This document shows, piece after piece, positions 47,932 to 56,977 of a stretch of 64,000 nucleotides of DNA. A program made the translations under genes and the position numbers. Each line of letters begins with the position of its first letter. Position 1 is the stretch's first letter. The notes below the pieces were generated by a model. It had not been told where the DNA came from and ran no database searches. It worked only from the letters and a program-made list of their open reading frames with translations. The DNA is from a virus, in UHGV virus genome UHGV-0468246; one strand, 5' to 3'.

Positions 47932-48391
47932 GGTTTCCCCTCAACGTCATGCGGTATATGCCGGAGCGCGAGCCGCTTACCGACAGTATGGCGGAATCTT
48001 CCCCGGCCTTCTGCTTCAGAACGGTGTGCTCCTTGCTCTGACCTTCGAGCGACACGTTCCCGCTCACGACGATGCGCGTCACGACGTACACGCCGATGGA
48101 GAACTCGACTATCCCGCCGCCGAATCCCTCAACGTAGTCGATGGCCGACTGTATCGCCAGCGTGTCGTCGGCTATGCCGTCGCCCTTCGCGCCGAAGTCG
48201 GCGACGGACGCGTGGCGAAGCCCCGATTCGTACGCCGAAACGCTTATGGGGAGGGCGGACAGGTCGTTGCCCATCGCTATCGACAGGTAGTCGTCGTACG
48301 GCATCGACACCGAAGCGTTGGGGGCTATCGACTTGTCCCCGACCTGAATGCGGTAGTTCGCCAAGTTGCGTATTTCCATGAAACGAAGCAC
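47924..48391 (-). CDS. short protein with pectate-lyase/beta-helix-like N-terminal motif
   Basis: The block FGAKGDGIADDTLAIQSAI is typical of right-handed beta-helix glycosidases and tailspikes. Only 155 aa. It overlaps the downstream gene by 8 nt. Confidence 0.35.
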   Translation of the reverse strand: MLRFMEIRNLANYRIQVGDKSIAPNASVSMPYDDYLSIAMGNDLSALPISVSAYESGLRHASVADFGAKGDGIADDTLAIQSAIDYVEGFGGGIVEFSIGVYVVTRIVVSGNVSLEGQSKEHTVLKQKAGEDSAILSVSGSRSGIYRMTLRGNHG

Positions 48392-48476
48392 TGGCCGCCC
48401 TTTGCCCTTCTCTCGCTTTTACCCGATAATTGTACTCAAAACAAGGTCGCTCGGATAGCGGCCCGGAAGGAGCGCC

Positions 48477-48824
48477 ATGAAGTACAGGGTTGACGATATA
48501 TTCGCAACGCCGAGCGAGCAGGCGCGCGGCCTCATGTTCAGGGAGGACTATCCGGAGGACGCTTGCGCCGCGTTCCTCTACCACGACGAGCCGCGCGTGC
48601 TGTCGTTCCACGGGCGCAACTGCCTGTTCCCGATCATCGCGGCGTTCTTCAGGAAGGACTTGACGCTCGACTGCTGGCACGTCCTCGAACCCGACGGGGA
48701 ACCGGCCTCGTCGGTCGGCGAATGCTCCCTCGTCGTCGAGGTCAAGGCGACCGAACGCAACATCGCGGTCGTCTCGCAGTGCGTGAGGGCCGCAATCGAC
48801 AAGAACTGCATATCCCTCCTGTAA
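48477..48824 (+). CDS. DUF192-like protein, the only convincing plus-strand gene (moron-like)
   Basis: GGAAGGAG RBS. The RGLMFR...AAFLY pattern matches the DUF192/COG1430 family. A possible TTGCCC-N17-GATAAT promoter lies upstream. Confidence 0.5.
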   Translation: MKYRVDDIFATPSEQARGLMFREDYPEDACAAFLYHDEPRVLSFHGRNCLFPIIAAFFRKDLTLDCWHVLEPDGEPASSVGECSLVVEVKATERNIAVVSQCVRAAIDKNCISLL

Positions 48825-48851
48825 AACGAAAGAGGCCCCTCACGGGGCCTC
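48822..48851. terminator. hairpin GAGGCCCC tcac GGGGCCTC, putative bidirectional terminator
   Basis: An 8-bp GC stem. On the minus strand it is followed by TTTCGTTTTA. It separates the plus gene from the minus gene at 48868. Confidence 0.4.
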
Positions 48852-48867
48852 TCGCTGCCTCTTACGG

Positions 48868-49245
48868 CTATTCTTTCTTCGCGTGCTTCGCCTCGCCAAC
48901 GTCCTCGGCCTCGCCGCCGATGGGCAGCTCCGCCTTGTCGTCGCTTGTGAAGTGAAAGAACTTGTCGAGCCATTCGTCTGTAACGCCAATCGCCTTGAAC
49001 AGGTTGTAAGCCGCCTGAACTCCGCCCACCACGGCGGCCACCCAGAGCACGAACGTCTCCGGTGTCGGCGCTCCGCTGATGAAGGCGGTGAAAACGCCAG
49101 CGGCCAGCGATATGACCACGGCTATCGTCCAGTTGACCTTCTTAGACCAACCGCCGCGCTTGACGAGCTGAACGACATAGGGCAGGAAAAGCGAGAAGAA
49201 CACGGCAGCGATAGCCGGAACCCACGCCCCGAAACCCTCGAACAT
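48868..49245 (-). CDS. small membrane protein (about 3-4 TM segments, charged C-terminus), holin-like topology
   Basis: Hydrophobic segments and a Lys/Glu-rich C-terminal end. Confidence 0.4.
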   Translation of the reverse strand: MFEGFGAWVPAIAAVFFSLFLPYVVQLVKRGGWSKKVNWTIAVVISLAAGVFTAFISGAPTPETFVLWVAAVVGGVQAAYNLFKAIGVTDEWLDKFFHFTSDDKAELPIGGEAEDVGEAKHAKKE

Positions 49246-49315
49246 AGCGTCTCCTCTCTTCGGGGTCTTTCCGCCCCGCCTCGCGGGGCCTTCGGGACAT
49301 TATACGCCGAAGCCG

Positions 49316-51301
49316 CTACAGGCCGCCACCCCACGGCCTCCCGGCCCATCCGTCGGTGAGGCCCATCTGCCTCTCGAACTCCATGGAGCGCTCGAAGTAG
49401 AACTGCTCCTTCGCAAGGTTCTCCCTCATGCCGACCTCCGGCATGTAGCCGCCCTGCGCCGCGCCGGTGATGCGCAGCAGGGTTCCCTCTCCAAGCGCCT
49501 CGACCTGATCTGACAGGAGGTTCACGCACACCGTCGAAACGCAGTCCGCCATGTCGTTGTGGGTAACGTCGCCCGTCTCCGGGTGGTCTACCTTCTTGCC
49601 GTTCTTCAGGATGAGGAACTTCAGCTCCTTCTCCAACATGCACACCTCGCCGAGACCCAGTATGTCGTCTATCACGAACGGGGCGTGAACCCATCCTTGG
49701 TAGAGGGCCTGCTTGAACCGCTCCCAGCGCTTCATGTTCTTCTTCTCGGTGGCGGTGTCCTCCTCGATGACGACCGAGCCGTTGAGGAACGTCCCCATCG
49801 TCCTCTCCAAGTTCAGCGTGTCGATGAGCGACGCGCTCTGGTACTGGTCGAACGTGCAGCGGACGATGTTGAACAGCTTCAGGTACTCGATGATCTGCTT
49901 CTGCACGACCGTGTAGTTGATGCGCCGAACGCCGTGCTCGTCGGGAGGGAAGTCCTTCGCTTGGAAAATCTTCTGCACGTCGATGAAGGCGTGGAAGAAG
50001 CCGTCCTCGCACAGCTCCTTGTGGCCGATTGCTATGCAGAAGTTGTCGTTCACGCGCCCAGCGTCGCAGTGCATGACGTACTGGCGGTCGATGCGCCCGT
50101 GCCTAGCCGGGACGTTCGCGTTGCCCTGAAGGTCTGGGTACGCGTTGAACATCTTCTCAACCATGTCGGGGTTCAGGTACGCGTCCTGCGACTTGGCGAA
50201 CTGCGCACGGTACTCAACCCTGAACTTCTCCGGGTCGCGCTCCTCCTCCATGGCGAACGATTCGTCCTGCTCCGGAGGAAGCAGCAGGGGCTTGCCTATC
50301 GCCGGTACGTACTGGCCGTCCGTGAACAGCTCCCACGACGGCGCTTGCATGCAGAACATGTCGGGGTGCTTCGAGCTGCCGTCCTCGTCGCGCTCGAAGG
50401 CGTTCTTGAACAGCTTGTAGAACATGCCCACCTCCGACACGGGGGTGGACGGGACGACTATCATGGCCTCCTTGCCGACCTGACGCAGCGACGGCGTTAG
50501 GGCCTTCCAGATCGCCTCCGACGATGCCTTCAGGCCGTCGTCGCGACCGTAGGCGAACTCGTCGTACGCCTGTATGATCGAGGCGTTGCCTCGCGCGGAA
50601 TCGGGGTTGGCGGCCTTCGGCTCGACGAGAAGCGATGCCCTGCGCCTTATGTTCTTCCTGATGCCCGATTCGATCTGCCGCATCTCCTCGCGCTCGTTGA
50701 ACACCTTGTCCGCAGCCGTTTCCAGCTTTATCGCGGTCTCGGACAGCGAGCTAGTCCACGGGTCGAACCACGAGCACTCTATGATGGTGTTCAGGATGTC
50801 GAGGTACAGCGCGGACTTCGCTTGGCTGAACGTCGTTGCCATGACATCGACGTGCATCTCCTTGCCGTCCGGCAGGTGGAGGACGCGCTGGGGGTTGCCG
50901 AGCGAGAGCATCTGGGCCAGCTTGTAGTCGATGAGGTGCGACACGGTGAAGCCCTTTGAGCCGCGTCGCCCGAGGCAGAAGATGTTCTCGCGGAAGTGCT
51001 TGTATCCGCGCTTCTTCAGCCACTCGATGCGGTCGAAGATGTCGAGCGGAATCTTCACCGGGCCGCCGTTGCGCGTGCTCTCGCGCCACCCTTCTATCAC
51101 TTGGAAGTCGTACCGGTTCATCTGGTCGATCTCCAAGAAGATGATCTTCATGAGCGTCTTCTGGCGGGGGTACAGCGGTGTCCATTGCAGGGACGGCGTG
51201 TACATGTCGTAGAAGTCGCAGATCGGCGGGAGCCGTTCGAGCGCCAGCTTCGGGGCCGCCAGCGACGAGAAGACATCTATGCCGTGCTTGATCTCGCCCA
51301 T
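49316..51301 (-). CDS. terminase large subunit (putative)
   Basis: 661 aa. GRRGSKGFT is a Walker-A-like loop. Position and size are typical for the start of the morphogenesis block. Confidence 0.5.
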   Translation of the reverse strand: MGEIKHGIDVFSSLAAPKLALERLPPICDFYDMYTPSLQWTPLYPRQKTLMKIIFLEIDQMNRYDFQVIEGWRESTRNGGPVKIPLDIFDRIEWLKKRGYKHFRENIFCLGRRGSKGFTVSHLIDYKLAQMLSLGNPQRVLHLPDGKEMHVDVMATTFSQAKSALYLDILNTIIECSWFDPWTSSLSETAIKLETAADKVFNEREEMRQIESGIRKNIRRRASLLVEPKAANPDSARGNASIIQAYDEFAYGRDDGLKASSEAIWKALTPSLRQVGKEAMIVVPSTPVSEVGMFYKLFKNAFERDEDGSSKHPDMFCMQAPSWELFTDGQYVPAIGKPLLLPPEQDESFAMEEERDPEKFRVEYRAQFAKSQDAYLNPDMVEKMFNAYPDLQGNANVPARHGRIDRQYVMHCDAGRVNDNFCIAIGHKELCEDGFFHAFIDVQKIFQAKDFPPDEHGVRRINYTVVQKQIIEYLKLFNIVRCTFDQYQSASLIDTLNLERTMGTFLNGSVVIEEDTATEKKNMKRWERFKQALYQGWVHAPFVIDDILGLGEVCMLEKELKFLILKNGKKVDHPETGDVTHNDMADCVSTVCVNLLSDQVEALGEGTLLRITGAAQGGYMPEVGMRENLAKEQFYFERSMEFERQMGLTDGWAGRPWGGGL

Positions 51302-51302
51302 G

Positions 51303-51722
51303 CTACTGAAGCAGGTTGGTGTCCCAACCCATGTCCTTCATCTGCTTCGAGCTGTAGCGCTGCGCGTCGTACGCCTTGCGCTCGATGTCCACGCCCTCGT
51401 CGAGGTACGCCTGCTGGCGCTTGTCGAGGCGGCCCGTGACCGTCACGACCGGGTAGAAGGTCTCGGTCTCCCTGCCGGGGACGATGAGGCCGGCGACGGC
51501 CACCGGCTCCTTCTTCGATTCTATCCCTATGTAGCCGTCGAGGCCGAGCCTGTCGTGGAGGTAGGCGAGCGACCACTTCAGCATGTCGGCAACCAAGTCG
51601 ATCTTCTGCTTGCGGTCGTCGCAGGTGCGGCCTTCGTACCGCGCGGAGAAGTCCCGCTTGAACTGCTCTATGCGCCTCTGGTCGTCGGAGTTGATTCCCA
51701 CGTTCGCCATTCTGTCCTCCAA
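51303..51722 (-). CDS. hypothetical protein, possible terminase small subunit
   Basis: 139 aa, immediately upstream of the large terminase gene. Confidence 0.3.
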   Translation of the reverse strand: MEDRMANVGINSDDQRRIEQFKRDFSARYEGRTCDDRKQKIDLVADMLKWSLAYLHDRLGLDGYIGIESKKEPVAVAGLIVPGRETETFYPVVTVTGRLDKRQQAYLDEGVDIERKAYDAQRYSSKQMKDMGWDTNLLQ

Positions 51723-51756
51723 AAGTGAAACGGCGCTCCCGCGCCAAGTCGATTCC

Positions 51757-51981
51757 CTATGACGGGCCGTTGCCCATGTACCGCTCCGTCCAGTCGCCTA
51801 TCTCGTCGTCGCGGTTGGCGTAGCCCCCGCAGTTGCCGGAGTTCGGTTCGACGATCAGCTCCGGAACGTCGGCATCGCAGGCGCAGCCGAAGAAGCAGAC
51901 GGCGAAGTTGTTCACGCCGTCTATCCTCCTCCCGTGGAAGCACGAGAAGCACGACTGTTTCCTGTTGCCCGCCTTTTTCAA
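51757..51981 (-). CDS. small Cys-rich protein (74 aa)
   Basis: Contains CFSCFHG and CFFGCAC clusters. Confidence 0.3.
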   Translation of the reverse strand: MKKAGNRKQSCFSCFHGRRIDGVNNFAVCFFGCACDADVPELIVEPNSGNCGGYANRDDEIGDWTERYMGNGPS

Positions 51982-52049
51982 ACCGCTCCTTCAATAAAGC
52001 CCCGGCACGGATGCCGGGGCATAGTATCGCACAGAACAGCGCGCCGCCG

Positions 52050-53141
52050 CTACACCTCGTCTATCAGGATGGCGTCGCAGTTGTTGCATCGGTGCTCCTT
52101 GTGAGACTTCACCACGACGTAACCGGCGAGGCGCTGTAGCTTGCGCACGCTGTTGGGCTTGATCTCGGCGATGAAGCAGCTCGACGTGATGAGGTCGATA
52201 AGCTCGCCGGTCGTCCCGTGCTCGCCCGCCGACGTGCCGAGGCGGTATTCGTCGAAGCACGTGAGCGACGTTGCGCGCACGCGGGCGGGCAGGCCGTGCT
52301 CGGAGTACATGTGCATGATGCGCTTGCGCATGCGCGGTATCTCCTCGCCGTAGACCTCCCTCATGGTGTACGCGAGGCCTTCCAAGCTGTCAACGGCGTT
52401 CTCGACCTTCTCGCCGATGACGCGGAGGATGTCGTCGTACGATAGGTCGCGGATGTTGATCGGGTCTAGGTAGTCGTCGCACTCGATGATGCCGCAGCTC
52501 GCCTCGTTGAGGAAGATCGGGGACACCTCCGGCGCTTGGAACTTGCGCTTGTGGACGAAGCGGATGCCAGCCATGTAGGTCTCCCCCACGTCGTAGCGCT
52601 TGTCGGGGATGAGGATGTCGATCTGGATGTGCCCCAGCGAGCTGTCGGTTCGGATGATCTGGGCGCTTCCGCCGACCTTCTCGTAGAGCACCTTCAGGCA
52701 GTCCACGAAGTCGATGTTCTGGCGCTTCGCCTCGCCGAACTCGACGAGGTTGGGGGTCGTCTCGTCGCCGGAGCGGCGCGTTCCGAGCGCGAACTTCCTG
52801 TCGCCCTCCTTCTTCAGCCAGTAGTTGATGTTGTCGGCCCGCATGTCAGGCCCCAAGCGCACGAGGTACGGCACGGGAATCTTCAGCAGCGCGCCGATCT
52901 TGTCGTAGCACGCGATGTGCCCGACCAGATCAAGCTTCTCCTCGCCCATGGCGTTCTTGCCCACGAGGTACATGTCCTCGTTCTTCACGCGCATCTCGCT
53001 CCCGAGCGCTTCGGAGCGCTCGACCGCATCGTAGGCCTTCTTGGCGCGCTCGTAGGCCTGCCTGACCGTGATGATCTCCTTGCCCGCCTCGTTCACGTAC
53101 TCCTCTATCGTCTTGCCGAGGTCTGTGTATGCGTCTGCCAT
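52050..53141 (-). CDS. hypothetical protein (363 aa)
   Basis: Long ORF with protein-like composition. Confidence 0.45.
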   Translation of the reverse strand: MADAYTDLGKTIEEYVNEAGKEIITVRQAYERAKKAYDAVERSEALGSEMRVKNEDMYLVGKNAMGEEKLDLVGHIACYDKIGALLKIPVPYLVRLGPDMRADNINYWLKKEGDRKFALGTRRSGDETTPNLVEFGEAKRQNIDFVDCLKVLYEKVGGSAQIIRTDSSLGHIQIDILIPDKRYDVGETYMAGIRFVHKRKFQAPEVSPIFLNEASCGIIECDDYLDPINIRDLSYDDILRVIGEKVENAVDSLEGLAYTMREVYGEEIPRMRKRIMHMYSEHGLPARVRATSLTCFDEYRLGTSAGEHGTTGELIDLITSSCFIAEIKPNSVRKLQRLAGYVVVKSHKEHRCNNCDAILIDEV

Positions 53142-53145
53142 CTCC

Positions 53146-53580
53146 CTAGCCTTCCTTCGATTGTCTCTCTATGGTCTCGACGGCCACAGCCGCCTTCCTC
53201 GCGGAGTTCATCATGTCGGCGTAAAGCCCTCCGCGCGAAACGCCCATGCTCTCCGGCGTGAGCTGCGCCACCACGTTGACCGTCCCGACGGGGACGAGCA
53301 GGCAGCTAACGCCAGCGCCCACCATCGCGTCGCTTATCGCGCCGACGGCCTCTTGGCCGATGTCCGCGCTCACCTCGACGACGTAGGTGGGCCTGCCTAT
53401 GTCGTTCTGAAGCTCCATGACGCGCTCGACGTACTCCGCCGCCGCTCCGACGGCATCGAACCCGGCCTTGTCGGCGACGTACTCCGCAAGCGCCGCCCTG
53501 TCCCACACGACGCATCCGCCCTGCGGCTCCCGCCGTGGTGCCTCGTCGCGCTCCTCGCGCCTCCTACGGAACAAGCCCAT
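53146..53580 (-). CDS. hypothetical protein (144 aa)
   Basis: Minus-strand ORF packed against the upstream gene (stop at 53146) in the early-gene block. Composition protein-like. Confidence 0.35.
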   Translation of the reverse strand: MGLFRRRREERDEAPRREPQGGCVVWDRAALAEYVADKAGFDAVGAAAEYVERVMELQNDIGRPTYVVEVSADIGQEAVGAISDAMVGAGVSCLLVPVGTVNVVAQLTPESMGVSRGGLYADMMNSARKAAVAVETIERQSKEG

Positions 53581-53887
53581 GCGGCACCTCGCCTTCTATC
53601 TCCTTGAACATGTCGAGCGCCATGGAGAGCGCCTTGCGCGACGGGTTGCCGAACTCGTCGCCGTCGGGAACCGCCCAAGCTGGCGCGGACATGTCGATAG
53701 GCTCGCACCGCCTCTTGCACGGGTACCACTTCCGGTCGATGCGGACGCTGAAGGTGAACTCCCATTCGGCCCCCAAGTCATCGTAGCCGATCAGGATGCC
53801 GTCCGCGCCGTCCGTCTTGACGCAGTTGCGCCACCCGTTCACCAGAGAGCGCTCGACGAGCGCGGAAAACCTCTCGAAGTCGTTCAT
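53564..53887 (-). CDS. hypothetical protein (107 aa)
   Basis: Minus-strand ORF packed between its neighbours, with protein-like composition. Confidence 0.35.
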   Translation of the reverse strand: MNDFERFSALVERSLVNGWRNCVKTDGADGILIGYDDLGAEWEFTFSVRIDRKWYPCKRRCEPIDMSAPAWAVPDGDEFGNPSRKALSMALDMFKEIEGEVPHGLVP

Positions 53888-54210
53888 GCGAACACCTCCT
53901 CGTCCGCCATGCCGCCGCTGGCGACGTGAACGCCCATGATTCCCTTCACGTTGTCGGAGACTATGGCGTTGATCTCATCGACGGCCTGCGGGTCGTCGGC
54001 GTGCGAGGATGCCATCGACCGGAACTTCTCCCTAGCCGCCTCCTCGCGGTTGGCAGCGTCGGCGGACTTGACTTCGAGCGCCTGAATCGTCTCCGCGAGC
54101 GACGCTATCCTGCCCTCGCACTCCGAGCACTCGTCGAACGCCTCGCGCCATTCCTGCATGACCTTGGTGATCGCGCTCCGCGAAGCGCCGTCAAGACCGG
54201 GCATCGTCAC
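53884..54210 (-). CDS. hypothetical protein (108 aa)
   Basis: Minus-strand ORF with ATGA-type overlap to its neighbour. Confidence 0.35.
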   Translation of the reverse strand: MTMPGLDGASRSAITKVMQEWREAFDECSECEGRIASLAETIQALEVKSADAANREEAAREKFRSMASSHADDPQAVDEINAIVSDNVKGIMGVHVASGGMADEEVFA

Positions 54211-54848
54211 ACCGCCGGTGTCGTAGTCGAGAAGTCGTACACGGAGGCGAGCGATGGTTCTATCAGCGTCTCGGCACCGTCGTCTTCGAGGGTCGCCGCG
54301 ACCGCTCCGGGCTTCGCCTGCTCCTGCTTCCGGTTCTGCTGCGCCGCGCGCTTCAGCGGCTTAGGCCCGGAAGATGCCCTCTGCGGGGCGCTGACGGCCT
54401 TCTGGGGGGCGCTGGGCTGCTTTTCGGGTTCGGGTGCCGCCTCGTCCGCTTCGGGGGCGCAGAACAGCTTTGAGGGCTTCACGGCTATCTTCGCCGCCGC
54501 CTCGCTCCTTCCCCTGCTCTCCGCAGCCACCTCCTCGATGCCGCCGGGAATCTTCACCTCGCGCTTGCGGGAGGGCTTCTGCCCCTCCGCCGGTGCGGCC
54601 TTCTTGGCCGGTGCGGCCTTCTCGGAGTTCGCTGCGCCGCCCTGCGAGAGGAAGCCCTTCACGACCGCCTCGAACTGCTCGCGGTGCCTCGCGCACACGT
54701 CGTCGAGGAGCATGTACCTCTCGCCGTCGATAAGAACCTCGATTGCGGCGGGCTTGTCCTCGCCGTACTCTTCCAGAATCGCCTCGGTCTCCTCCGGGGA
54801 TATGACATCCCCGCAACCGGGCACGTCGCACACCAACGCTATGCCCAT
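54207..54848 (-). CDS. hypothetical protein with N-terminal Cys pair and Ala/Pro/Lys-rich linker (213 aa)
   Basis: AAAGGAGATGG RBS. The TGaTACAAT -10 and the palindromic motif sit directly upstream. Confidence 0.4.
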   Translation of the reverse strand: MGIALVCDVPGCGDVISPEETEAILEEYGEDKPAAIEVLIDGERYMLLDDVCARHREQFEAVVKGFLSQGGAANSEKAAPAKKAAPAEGQKPSRKREVKIPGGIEEVAAESRGRSEAAAKIAVKPSKLFCAPEADEAAPEPEKQPSAPQKAVSAPQRASSGPKPLKRAAQQNRKQEQAKPGAVAATLEDDGAETLIEPSLASVYDFSTTTPAV

Positions 54849-54870
54849 GAGCTTCCATCTCCTTTGAACG

Positions 54871-54888
54871 CTCGATTATTTAATCGAC
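54871..54888. promoter_or_regulatory. near-palindromic motif CTCGATTATTTAATCGAC (copy 3), immediately downstream of a TGaTACAAT extended -10 (operator-like position)
   Basis: Read directly. Confidence 0.45.
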
Positions 54889-54894
54889 ATTGTA

Positions 54895-55812
54895 TCACAG
54901 CCACTTGCCCTCGGTTGAGAATCTTTGCCAGTCGCCGGAGGCGAGCACGTTGCCGAGCGTCGGGCACCAGTCGCCGCGCCTGTTGTCCATGAGCCACTTC
55001 CGGAAGTCGGGGTTGCGAAGCGCCCGCAGAACGTCCTCCCTCCAACGCCCAACGCCGTCGCCCGCAGCCTCTGCCGCCTCGGCCACGATCTCCCGCTCGC
55101 GCTCCAAGAAGCTCTCGTTCTGGTACCGCAGCGGAACGTCCGGGTACGCCTCCCTGAAGTCCCGATGCGCAGCGTCGATTAAATAATCGAGTTCTGCGGT
55201 GCCCTGCCCTTGGGTGTCTGCGGAGATTTTCCGCGCGCGCGCGCGTTCATTCGTTCCTCCATCATGTCCCTCTCCGTCAGGAGTGGTTTGGTTGTTACAG
55301 GTTGAAGGGGTAGTCTCTGTAACGTAGTCTATGTATATGTCCCCTCTTTTTTGAGGAGACCCTGTCATCATTTTTGATGGGAGGGGGGTGTCCGGGTATG
55401 TAAGCTCGAAGATGCGCTCGACGTTGGGTTTGATGAACAGCACGTTGTTCAAAACCGTGTCGTCGGTTTCGATTGTCCTGAACACTCTGGTGATCGCTCC
55501 GAGCTTTTCCAAGAGGACGACGGCGCGCATGGCGGACTGCTTGGAGATGCCGAACTGGTCGGAGAGCTGCTTGTACGAACGTTGGAGCAAGTCCCCTTTG
55601 AACTTCCTCTGGAAGCCCACGGTCGCGCCCGTGCGCTCATCGCGCATCTCGGTCGGACGATACCAGTAAACTACGTCCGAAAGAACCATGATGGCGTTGA
55701 GGTTCGGCTTCCCCGTATCGCCCACGACCGTTTTGAACCAAGAGCCGGGGATGACGTTCCCTGTGATGTTGAGCTGGCCGATTGCCTCGACCTCCGGCGT
55801 TGTCTCTCTCAT
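54895..55812 (-). CDS. replication initiator-like protein (N-terminal winged-helix DNA-binding domain, low-complexity linker, C-terminal domain)
   Basis: 305-aa continuous ORF. The internal region 55200-55400 is AT-richer and carries repeats, which may be an ori embedded in the gene. Confidence 0.4.
   Translation of the reverse strand: MRETTPEVEAIGQLNITGNVIPGSWFKTVVGDTGKPNLNAIMVLSDVVYWYRPTEMRDERTGATVGFQRKFKGDLLQRSYKQLSDQFGISKQSAMRAVVLLEKLGAITRVFRTIETDDTVLNNVLFIKPNVERIFELTYPDTPLPSKMMTGSPQKRGDIYIDYVTETTPSTCNNQTTPDGEGHDGGTNERARARKISADTQGQGTAELDYLIDAAHRDFREAYPDVPLRYQNESFLEREREIVAEAAEAAGDGVGRWREDVLRALRNPDFRKWLMDNRRGDWCPTLGNVLASGDWQRFSTEGKWL
55174..55191. promoter_or_regulatory. near-palindromic motif GTCGATTAAATAATCGAG (copy 4), inside the replication gene next to the ori-like region
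   Basis: Read directly. It encodes LDYLID in the gene's frame. Confidence 0.4.
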
Positions 55813-55822
55813 GCCCCCTCCC

Positions 55823-56122
55823 CTAAATGCCCTTTGGGCCGACAGCTGCGTACCATTCGATTGACCTGCCGCCGTAACTCCCTGTTTTCACAAGACCGGC
55901 GCGAATGAGCTTGTCGAGCGCTTCGTCGATCTCCGTCTGCGAAGAGAATGTGAGAAGCGAGGCGAAGAGGCTAGGGTCACCCTGCGTCCAATAAAGGCCG
56001 TCGTGGAAGTGCTCGCCGTTCGCGGCGCTCCGCTCGCATCGGGCGGCGATCTTCTCGTAAACGACTGCTGCCGTTACGCCGACTTTCACCGCGACGTTTT
56101 GGTCGAACGACTGTAGTGCCAT
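55823..56122 (-). CDS. small winged-helix/HTH-type DNA-binding protein (putative)
   Basis: 99 aa. The segment VYEKIAARCERSAANGEHFHDGLYWTQ fits a helix-turn-helix pattern. It lies upstream of the replication gene. Confidence 0.4.
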   Translation of the reverse strand: MALQSFDQNVAVKVGVTAAVVYEKIAARCERSAANGEHFHDGLYWTQGDPSLFASLLTFSSQTEIDEALDKLIRAGLVKTGSYGGRSIEWYAAVGPKGI

Positions 56123-56267
56123 GAGATACCCCTAACAAAAAAAAGACCTGTCGGACATTTCGCGTAGGGGTGCGCGATGACCTAAACAAGTCTTTCCGAC
56201 ATTTTAGATCATCACGCACCCCTACGCAAGACCCCATTGTATACCCAAGCGCCCAGAGATTACAAGA

Positions 56268-56615
56268 TCATAACGCGTCGAACGGCATCCATTCGATTCT
56301 GTCCATCACGGCGCGCTCGGTTCTCCCGTCAATCGCGTCGCCCTCGAACCGAAGCTCGATGCCCGTCTTCCCTCCAAGGCCGCGCTCGATGTACGCTTCG
56401 AGCACCTTCTGCGCCTCGCTGTCGATGACCGATGCCCTGTGCATCTGCTCGACGGTCAGGCCGCAGCCGGTGAGCATGTCTATCCACTCCTTGGTGGCGA
56501 CGGTCGAGTATGCTATGGGGCGCTTCAGCCCCGGAGCGTGCCACTCCACGTCGTGGCAGTCCCAATCGCTCTTCCTCGTCATCGCGGCAGCCTCGCTCCC
56601 GGCGCGTAGCGGCAA
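56268..56615 (-). CDS. hypothetical protein (115 aa)
   Basis: Minus-strand ORF with protein-like composition, just upstream of the inverted-repeat region at 56123-56267. Confidence 0.35.
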   Translation of the reverse strand: MPLRAGSEAAAMTRKSDWDCHDVEWHAPGLKRPIAYSTVATKEWIDMLTGCGLTVEQMHRASVIDSEAQKVLEAYIERGLGGKTGIELRFEGDAIDGRTERAVMDRIEWMPFDAL

Positions 56616-56896
56616 CGGCAGCGGTTGCGGTCGTACACGTCGCGCCCCGCCTGCTCCATGGACGCTCCGTAGCGCTCCAAGAGCCTCTTGCCCTGCTCCA
56701 CGGCGTGGTCGATGTCCATGAACTCCTCGACGAGCCGCACGTGGTCTGCGTGGTCGCCGGTCTTGGCGAGCTCCTCGAACGCCTCGCGCGCCTCGGCCAG
56801 CTCCTCGGCGACCTTGCGCAGCTGCGTGTCGATGTCGGCGTACTCGCAGCCCGTGAAAAGCCCCGGCATCTCCGGGTAGTTGTAGCGGTGGCGCAT
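56579..56896 (-). CDS. MazG-like all-alpha NTP pyrophosphohydrolase (putative)
   Basis: Real start MRHRYNYPEM with TAAGGAGG RBS. The E/D-rich helical pattern LRKVAEELAEAREAFEELAK...EEFMDIDHAVEQ is MazG-like. Confidence 0.35.
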   Translation of the reverse strand: MRHRYNYPEMPGLFTGCEYADIDTQLRKVAEELAEAREAFEELAKTGDHADHVRLVEEFMDIDHAVEQGKRLLERYGASMEQAGRDVYDRNRCRCRYAPGARLPR

Positions 56897-56977
56897 GCCA
56901 GATTCCTCCTTACTCGGAACGTGAAAAGGGCACCCTCTCGGGTGCCCTTCGATGTTACATCCCATAGGCGCTCGGCG

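Noticed and set aside
54207-54848. Lsr2-like nucleoid protein call for 54207..54848
   Set aside because: The N-terminal resemblance to the Lsr2 dimerisation domain is weak and the C-terminal RGR DNA-binding motif is absent.
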